Position numbers and translations under genes: made by a program. The notes beneath the pieces were generated by a model that had not been told where the DNA came from, did no database searches, and worked only from the letters and a program-made list of their open reading frames with translations. From assembly GCA_951406725.2 (NCBI GenBank), contig OX597819.1, positions 64,480,001 through 64,544,000 of the forward strand: 64,000 nt of DNA, read 5' to 3'. Shown here piece after piece: positions 54,481 through 64,000 of the stretch (positions are counted from its first letter, which is position 1; each line of letters starts with the position of its first letter). This DNA comes from Octopus vulgaris. Taxonomy: Eukaryota.

Positions 54481-55862
54481 AACTAAAATTTTCTTCGTAA
54501 ATGTTCCCCAGTGTTAAATAATAAAATAAGCTGATCAGCCCCATTTCATACGTATGAACAATACAATTATACTTATTATTCAGGTGTGCATAGGAAAAAG
54601 AAAACTGGACGTAACAGAAGATAACTGACTGTAGATTTGCAATCAGCATGCCAATTTGAGTGTAATTCAAATGGAAAAGTAGACTCAACGGACATTATGT
54701 TCGAAATTGTTGCCCTTTGTTTTTACTTGCAGGTGGGGCAACTGCAACATTTGATTGACTGAATGAAATGAATCTGAATTTAGTATATTTCAGAAAGTTG
54801 TTCCACGTAACAAACAGAATTTAGGAAACATTACCAAGCAAGGATCACATATTTAGTCCTTGCACCGGGATATTGTATTATGAAATGCAGCTGTTTCTAT
54901 AAGAGACAAGTATCAAGGAGCATTACGAACAAAAGATCAAATGCTTGATCTTTAATTACTGATGTTGCATTGAAATATAAAGCTGCTTCTATAAAAAAAA
55001 AAGAACCAAAGAATCATTCTATATATACATTTTGTCATAGTTTCAGGCAATTGTATATTAAACGAAACATTTGACATTTGTTAGTAAATCGCAAGTTAAA
55101 GTAATTCAGGCAGTAGTGGGTGGTGATTGTAAAAGAGAAACAGTGAGGCAGTGACTGACACCTAACAATAAACCAAAATATGAATTTATGTTTTGTCCGA
55201 AAAATCACTTAATATTAGTAATGCACACTTTATTAATGATATTGTTTTTCCTCCTGTTTTTAGTATCCTACTTTTATATCATCATTACTTCGACTTCGTT
55301 GTACATAAAAATCAACGTTTTTCAAATAATCTTCAAACGAAAATTTCCTTAGATATAATCAACATCTTCTTAAACGTATACGACTTTCATCATTGATATC
55401 TTTGATTACGAATTGCAAACGATTTCTTTTGATCTTCTCTCGTCTAGACAACTGCGTCACAGAATTACACTAGACCAGTTCTTTCCACGCAAAAAAGCCG
55501 TCGTCATTGCATCGTCGTAGATTTTAAGTAGGGGAATTAATTCTTGGATTACAATGTAACTCTGAAAGGAAAAGGCCCCAAAATATTCCTGTTAAATTCA
55601 TGCTAGTCGATATATTTCTACGAATTCCACTTATCCTTACATTCTCTTGGAAAGGTAGTCAAGATAATACAATTAGTTTCTCTCGAAAAACAATGCTCAG
55701 TCCACTTTGTGAAGCCATTCAATTTTCAGGTATATCTATTTATTGAGAATATTTGTCATGTTGAAGTTCTAAATGTTTATGATTTTAGCACCTGTGTATT
55801 TAGTTTCTAAATTGCAGTGTTCATTATCCCCTCCCATCTACCCTCTCTCGTAATATGTATAC

Positions 55863-56399
<537 letters not shown>

Positions 56400-56540
56400 A
56401 ATATATATGTATATATGTATGTATGTATATGTATTTATGTATATATATAAAGGGAAAGTTTACGAAAATAAACAAAAGACGAAGGCAGGTGGAGTACAAA
56501 CAAAGAAATGTATTGGTATAGCGCTCAGGAATAGAAAAAG

Positions 56541-56578
56541 TCTTTTACGTTTCGAGCCTACGCTCTCCGACAGAAAGA
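56541..56578 (-). ncRNA. Minimal PLE-type HHR variant within a TA-flanked element (56450-56660)
   Basis: Minus strand tcttt-CTGTCGG-a-GAGC-gtag-GCTC-GAAAC-GTA-aaaga; stems I and II perfect, core non-canonical. Confidence 0.55.
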
Positions 56579-56665
56579 TAAACAGAAAAAAAAACAAGGA
56601 GAGAAACAAGGAGAGAAAAGAATGCGTGTAGGAGCTAACAATCTATCACGGCGTCCTGGCATATA

Positions 56666-56742
<77 letters not shown>

Positions 56743-56809
56743 ATATATATATATGTATGTAAATATATGTTTAATATATATATACATACATACACATATA
56801 TACATATGT

Positions 56810-56983
56810 GGAGGAGTGGATGTGTGGTAAGTAGCTTGCTTACCAACCACATTGTTCCGGGTTCAGTCCCAATGCGTGACACCTTGGAAAAATGTCTTCT
56901 ATTATAGCCTCGTGCCGACCAAAGTCTTGTAAGTGGGTTTGGTCGACAGATACTGAACGAAGCCCGTCGTATATATGTATACG

Positions 56984-57053
<70 letters not shown>

Positions 57054-57295
57054 TGTGTGTTTGTGTTTGTGTCTGTGTTTGTGTGTGTTTGTGTTTGTGT
57101 CTGTGTTTGTCACCCGAGCATCGCTTTACAACCGATGCTGGTGCGTTTACGTCCCCGTAACTTAACCGTATCGGCAAAAGAAACCGATAGAGTAAGTATA
57201 AATCTCAGAAAGAATATGTTTTTGTGTCGAATTGCTCGACTAAACGCGGTGCACTAGCATGGCCGCAGTCAAATGACTGAAACAAGTATAAGAGT
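56810..57295 (+). mobile_element. SINE family A
   Basis: ggagtggatgtgtggtaagtagcttgc...gcagtcaaatgactgaaacaagt. Confidence 0.85.
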
Positions 57296-57336
57296 AGATG
57301 AGAGTGATATGTGTTTATATACATATAAACACACAC

Positions 57337-57382
<46 letters not shown>

Positions 57383-57631
57383 ATTTATACATATATACAT
57401 GCATCCATGCACACACATATAAAAGCACACAGACACACGCCCACACGTATATGTAAGTACAATCATGAATATGTATAGAAATCAAACTTTTCGTAAATAT
57501 TTACACTTACATATATCAAATTTCAAAGAATGTTAAATCTCGTTAGACTTAGTATCTTTACTCTCAAGTCATTTTATTTAAGGTAAGATCCCTTCCCCCT
57601 CAGGCGCCATGCATATGCGTACATATATATG

Positions 57632-57719
<88 letters not shown>

Positions 57720-57732
57720 ATATATATTAATA

Positions 57733-57833
<101 letters not shown>

Positions 57834-58255
57834 GCTAACATATAAATATGTATAAGTTATAAATTTTATCAGTTGTTGTCGAATGGCGTCGGAAACGCAG
57901 TGAAAACTTCAGTAGTTTTATTATCTAAGCTCTTGAATTCACTTAATATTCAATGTATTGCGCTGAAGACAATAGCGCAAGAGAGGTGATTAGGTAATGC
58001 ACACCTTTTATCGCCGAGCATTGATTTATCGTATCATTACCGATCACCCTACTATGTCTTGTGAAGACGATTAGTGAAATCTGCCTCCTTTAAAGTACCA
58101 AAGTGAGAATTATATTTAAATTGATTTCCTAACGAAATTTCACCACCTTATGACCATATGTACGTCTACGCTCAGACAAACAGCAAAGTACACGTAAATA
58201 CATATTAGTGCAAAACACACATACAGACACACACATATACACCGGCACACACATG

Positions 58256-58337
<82 letters not shown>

Positions 58338-58508
58338 TATATATAAATATGTATATATATATATATCCATACATGTATATACATAGATACACTTGCATAT
58401 GTTCATATATATTTATGATTAGATAAATATATATGTATACATAATTAAGTATATATATATTTACATATACATACATACATACATATATATGTATATATAT
58501 ATATATAT

Positions 58509-59402
58509 ATCAGGTCATTTATTAATGATGCATTTTTTCTACTCATATTTCGTAAATTTAACAAAAACAAATTTGTTATTTAATCTAAAATATACTCTCT
58601 TTCATTTCCTACAATGTCTTACATCTATCTGCTAGACTTACAAGTCCCTTTTTCCAGGATTCAGTTATTCCTGACGAAAAATACTACTTCAGCACCTCGT
58701 CTACAGAATTCATATACTTTCCGTCCAAATGATTTTGAAGTCTGCGGAATAAATGATAATCAGATGGAGCAATATCCGGCGAATATGGTGGAAGAGGCAC
58801 CGTTTCCCATTCAACCTGTTCCTGCCTTTGGAATATTATCCTCACTGCATGTGGCTGATCATTAAACTCAGAAATTTTGTGAGGAACCGATTGACACAAT
58901 TTGCTGATTTTCCGATGGCATGCTGGTGTCGATGAATGGTGAATGACCAAATCCAAGCTTCTCTGCTATTTCCTCAACAGTTATGATAAGATTTTGTTCC
59001 ACCAATTTTTACAGGACGACTTCGTCGAGCTTTACGTATCTTCCAACACGAGGCTCGTCCTGGACGTTGTAATTTCCGGCTCGGAATTTCTTGAACCACC
59101 TTTAACATTGGCTTGCGCTTATTGTCCGTTCCCAATACGTTGCATAAATATTCTTCGAACTTTCCGTTGTGTTATTGCGCTTATCGAATTCATAAAGCAA
59201 AATATGCCGAATATCTTCCTTTGTCAGTTCCATTATAGCTTTGAAAAGATAACTGTTAAAATCGAACTGCACTCTTCAAAACTTGCATTAATGACGAGAT
59301 AAAATTACCACCTGCTTTTATAGCAAGTTGATGCAGGTAGATTATCCCGTCCCCCTCCGCTGTTAAATCATGCAATTGAAAAACCGTATTATTTATGAGA
59401 TC

Positions 59403-59410
<8 letters not shown>
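58509..59410 (-). mobile_element. Internally deleted mariner element in (TA)n
   Basis: WETVPLPPYSPDIAPSDYHLFRRLQNHLDGK (D34D region); degenerate TIRs at 58509-58540 and 59379-59410. Confidence 0.9.
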
Positions 59411-59459
<49 letters not shown>

Positions 59460-59535
59460 TTATATATGCATATATATATATATATGGCCTGGGCCAATAA
59501 TGGCCGAAACCTATCAAAGTATATATATATATATG

Positions 59536-59581
<46 letters not shown>

Positions 59582-60002
59582 TACGTATACAGACACACAT
59601 ATACACTCACACTTGCACACAAACGTACATGTATTTATACTTATGTAAATATATAAATATACACGGAACACCATGTACTTACGGAGCAATGGATGAATAT
59701 ATTTATTTTAGATCCATGTTGGAAAACTGTGTGCTTTATAAATAATCTGTGTCTTATATCCTTTATCACAATATTCTATTTTCTCCCCGAACCATATTTT
59801 CACTGCATGGGGATTTATCTTTTCTGCAAATTCTCCAGTCCGATTCCAAATACTAGAAATATGCCACATCGATTTTGCTGAAATGTCCGTTGCATTTCTA
59901 GTTTACTGAAGGGAATAAAAGCAGAGGAGAGATAATCTTGGGAAGCCATTCTATATGGCTTTCAGTTTTGGCACGCTTTTTACGATAAGGTGTTCCATTA
60001 GA

Positions 60003-60056
<54 letters not shown>

Positions 60057-60552
60057 TATATATACACGTATGATTTTATGTTTATATATACATATATATA
60101 CATGTATATATACCATATACCTGCATATATCCATACGTACATATATACATAAAATTATGTATACGTTTATGCATGTACGTAGGTATATATAAATATATAT
60201 GTGTGTGTGTGTGTGTGTGTTTATGCACATTAACCTACAACTATATACATGTGTGGTTTTGAAACTTTTTACATATACATGTTTATACATATAGTTACAC
60301 ACAAACATGCACGCAAGCATATTGGGGTTCGTGTGTGCATATGGGAATGTACGTATGAATATTTATATGTGAAGCCGTCTGAACGTGTTTGTCAGCGGTT
60401 TTTGATGAGTGAATAAACAGTTATACATACATGTTTATACTCACACACACACACACACTCTCATATACATACTTCAATATATATAAACACACACACATAT
60501 TTAAGCATATGTTTTTAATGGAATAATTACTATGAAGTATTTTGTAGAATAT

Positions 60553-61312
60553 ATTGTGTAAAAGATCGTGCGTAAGGACAAAACAATGCGAAGTAAATGC
60601 AAGGTAAATTACAAGAAAACATATATGTGAATTAATGTAGACTTACCTCCGTATTCAATATTTCGGGATTATGACCCCATTTTCAAGAGAGTGACGAATG
60701 TTGCCGATGTGCGTGTCTGTGAGCATTTGTGGAGTGGACATGCGCAGAAGAATGTTGCTATAACAACCAGCTAAATTCCTTTTGCTCCCTTCTATTGTTG
60801 ATCTTGCGTTTCTTTTGGTGTATTAGGATGGCCACAAGGATTCTAAGGTTTCCCCTGTTACGCTGTATTGCTCCGATGAGCACTTTGCGTATGAATATTC
60901 ATATGTAAAGCTGTCTGAACCTGTTACTCAGTGGTTTTTGATGAGTGAGAAAACATATATAAACATCGGCTTATACATATGTGCACATCAAAGCAACATG
61001 GCGGAACAAAGGTAACCGTAGAAATCGCTGAGACCATCCTCATACATCGAAAGAAATCCAAGGTCAACAATAGAAGTGAGTTACAGTGAGCTAGCAGGCT
61101 GCTACAGCAACACGCTTCTGCGCATGACTACTCCACTCACGCTAACACACAAACACATCGGCAACATCCGTCATTTTTTTCAAAATGGGGTCATAACTCC
61201 GAAATATTGAATACAAGTTCAGTCTACATTAATTCACATATTTGTTTTCTTGTGATTTACCTTGCATTTACTTCGCACTGTTTTGGCCTTACCCACGATC
61301 TTTTACACAATA
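60553..61312. repeat. Large diverged inverted repeat (arms 60553-60884 / 60981-61312) with decayed minimal HHR in each arm
   Basis: attgtgtaaaagatcgtg... / ...cacgatcttttacacaat; right arm ttcaaaa-t-gggg-tcataa-ctcc-GAAATATT-gaa at ~61176-61212. Confidence 0.85.
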
Positions 61313-61791
61313 AATATATATGTATTTCTATATCTTTCTATTCGAGTGTCTCTGTGTAAATATGCATGTCCATACTCATATCCGTACATGCTTGTATGCT
61401 TGTGTATACGCATAGACGCAACTACAAATAATGCTAAATGATTCGGTGTCTTTCCTTTTTTTATCGGGCAACGCTAAGCTTAGGAAACGTCTTCGAATCT
61501 ATGAGCACATATTTAAACATGATTGTAGACAAACCTCAAAATTTGTGGATTGTTGAATTGTGCTTCTGTTAGAGAACTTTTAGAGCAATATGTTTACTGC
61601 ATGTATAATATTACTTAGAGATTAATTCTACGCATAGCAGCAATATCGATATTAATGGGGCGTTTTACCTAGTCTAAATTGTCAGTTTTTGAAAGTCGAG
61701 GAATTGCACGACAATATGTGCAACAGGTCAACCGATGAAGTTGATCTGCTTTTGTTGTTCTTTTAACCTTTCTCTGAGTTCAAATCTACTC

Positions 61792-61950
61792 TCTTTTACT
61801 TGCTTCAGCCATTTGACTGTGGCCATGCTGGTTCACCGCCTTTAGTCGAGCAAATCGTCCCCAGGACTTATTCTTTATAAGCCTAGTACTTATTCTATGG
61901 GTCTTTTTGGCTGAAGCGCTAAGTTACGGGGACGTAAACACACCAGGATT
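61792..61950 (-). mobile_element. SINE family A, 3' part
   Basis: ctcttttacttgcttcagccatttgactgtggccatgctgg...aagttacggggacgtaaacacacca. Confidence 0.8.
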
Positions 61951-62532
61951 GGATGTCATGCGAAGTAGGAGGAAAAATACAGACACAAAAACATATTTCA
62001 CCACACTTCATCGATTGTTGCTTCACTAAAAATGGAATGCACAATAAAATATTCAACAGTCACACTATAAAACTATATATATATATATATATAATTTTAA
62101 TTCCTATTTGCGTGTACATATGTGTATGTGTGTATGTGTATCTGTAAGTATGTCTCTGTTTGATTATGTGAATGTTTCAAGCCAAGCGTGTGTGAGTCTA
62201 TATATGTGTTGTGATACAATCATGAAGAGGATATCTCTAAGGTACAATTAATATGAACTGTTACTTATTTAACAAACGGATTCTATCCAAGAGACATTCA
62301 TGAGCTGGAGAGAAGAATAAAATCGTTCATTTTATTCCATGAAGCACGAAAGAATTACCGAATTTAATGCCAAAATTAATACCCGAATGTTCAGGTGTAT
62401 AATTTCTACTACGGTTATTAATTTTATTTATATCGATGCTATCCCTCAAGTGAACAATATATCGCTAAATCCAGATTTGTAAATATTAAAAAAATACATA
62501 ACTGTTGATAGGCATATACACTTATGTATATA

Positions 62533-62601
<69 letters not shown>

Positions 62602-62603
62602 AT

Positions 62604-62640
<37 letters not shown>

Positions 62641-62699
62641 ATATATATATATTGAGTGAGACAGGGTGGTACATAGATTAATAGACAAATATGCAAGTG

Positions 62700-62762
<63 letters not shown>

Positions 62763-63600
62763 GTATGTGCGTGCGTACATGCATGCATACATACACGCAC
62801 ACACACTCTCATACACATATATATGTGTGAACAGCGGGGAACTAATATAACTGGCTTCACATTTATCCCATAGAACTAATGCAACAGCATATGGGAAATA
62901 GATAACCGAGCATTTTCTAGAACCTATATAAGATCGATAATTATGCAATATCGATTACATAATATCGATGATACTAAAGGAGACTAATAGCCCTTCCACA
63001 AATTCCTATTTTAAATTAATTGTTAGCTATATTTTGGTGAAGCATTTGTACCCGAGGACTAAATGTGAAAATTGTATTTTCGTTCATCGCATCCTATTAA
63101 ATAAGTTCTGAATGTGTTAAGAGACAGGTTTTCTAAGTTTGTGTGAAAACAAGTAGACAATATTTCTTCTACTCTACAATTGTTCCGGTCTTAAATGTTC
63201 TCTTAACTGATTGGTATTTGTAAGAGCTGTAAGAGTATTGAAAGAGGCAACTGCCTAGATTACTCGATTTATATATGTATATATATGAGAAAACGGTATG
63301 GACGATTTTTTGGAGTCTAATAATATCATGTACGCCTATTTGATTATGAAGATTTACAAACATACTTTCCCAGTGAAACTCGGTTTACCTACCATTATAA
63401 ACAATACCAAATGTTTTTCTCAAACCTTTCATAATGTGATACAAGTCTTTGGTGTAGCAATTGCATGCGGGTGAAGAGGGCTTTTGGACTATCTGTTATG
63501 TCGATTATGCATTGATGTAAGAATAAGTTGTTCTATAAAGCTCGAAACATATGTACCGCGACATCCTTTGTGTCCTGTTTTTCATTTTACTTCATTTGAT

Positions 63601-63664
<64 letters not shown>

Positions 63665-63667
<3 letters not shown>

Positions 63668-63846
63668 AAAATTAAAATGAGTGGGAAAAATTGGATATTA
63701 ATTTGATAATATCAATTTTAACACCAGTGGTCTTGCATATAAAAAAAACTGAGGTCCAGTAAATAGTATTACATATATAAATATAAGAGGGAATTTTGTC
63801 AATATGTAGAAGCCCTTATGCTAGAAGAAGATCCGCTATGGTCTTA
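63665..63846 (-). mobile_element. TA-targeted family B element starting at TAAGACCA
   Basis: Minus strand taagaccatagcggatcttcttctagcataaggg...accactggtgttaaaattgatattatcaaattaatatc. Confidence 0.7.
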
Positions 63847-63855
63847 ACCAATACG

Positions 63856-63932
63856 ATCATACTGAAGATCTATAGATAAATTATCTAACTACAATTACAT
63901 AATTTGCTGATTGTGAAACGTGTGTTTATGAT
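63856..63932 (+). ncRNA. Candidate type I HHR with expanded stem II
   Basis: atcata-CTGAAGA-(46 nt)-GAAAC-gtgt-GTT-tatgat; stem I perfect, stem II closure imperfect. Confidence 0.5.
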
Positions 63933-64000
63933 TAATCTATATCTTTGATACTTTTCATGTGTCTTTCTCGCTTCCGTTTCTGGTCTTTGGTAAGTTTTCT

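Noticed and set aside
59483-59520. ggcc-aataat-ggcc-GAAAC between (TA)n tracts
   Set aside because: Only the 3' half of a possible HHR; no CTGANGA.

Overview
AT-rich, microsatellite-dense eukaryotic DNA with no recognisable host gene. The SINE families resemble octopus (cephalopod) repeats, which is an inference from memory. Most ORFs in the track are translations of (TA)n, (CA)n or (AAT)n repeats. Recognisable content is transposon relics: two tRNA-type SINE families, a full-length decayed hAT (Buster-type), Tc1, mariner and Chapaev3-like transposase remnants, Helitron-type ends, R4/Dong, RTE and CR1 LINE fragments, and a Penelope-like (PLE) RT fragment. The main unannotated signal is a set of hammerhead-ribozyme (HHR) bearing non-coding elements inserted in (TA)n tracts. 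At 10461-11310 a young retrozyme-like element carries two intact type I HHRs exactly 490 nt apart, each with an extended G-U-rich stem II. A sister copy at 2548-2915 forms a fold-back palindrome whose apex lies at the predicted cleavage site. Six more fold-back palindromes and about eight more intact or decayed HHR motifs occur in the window.
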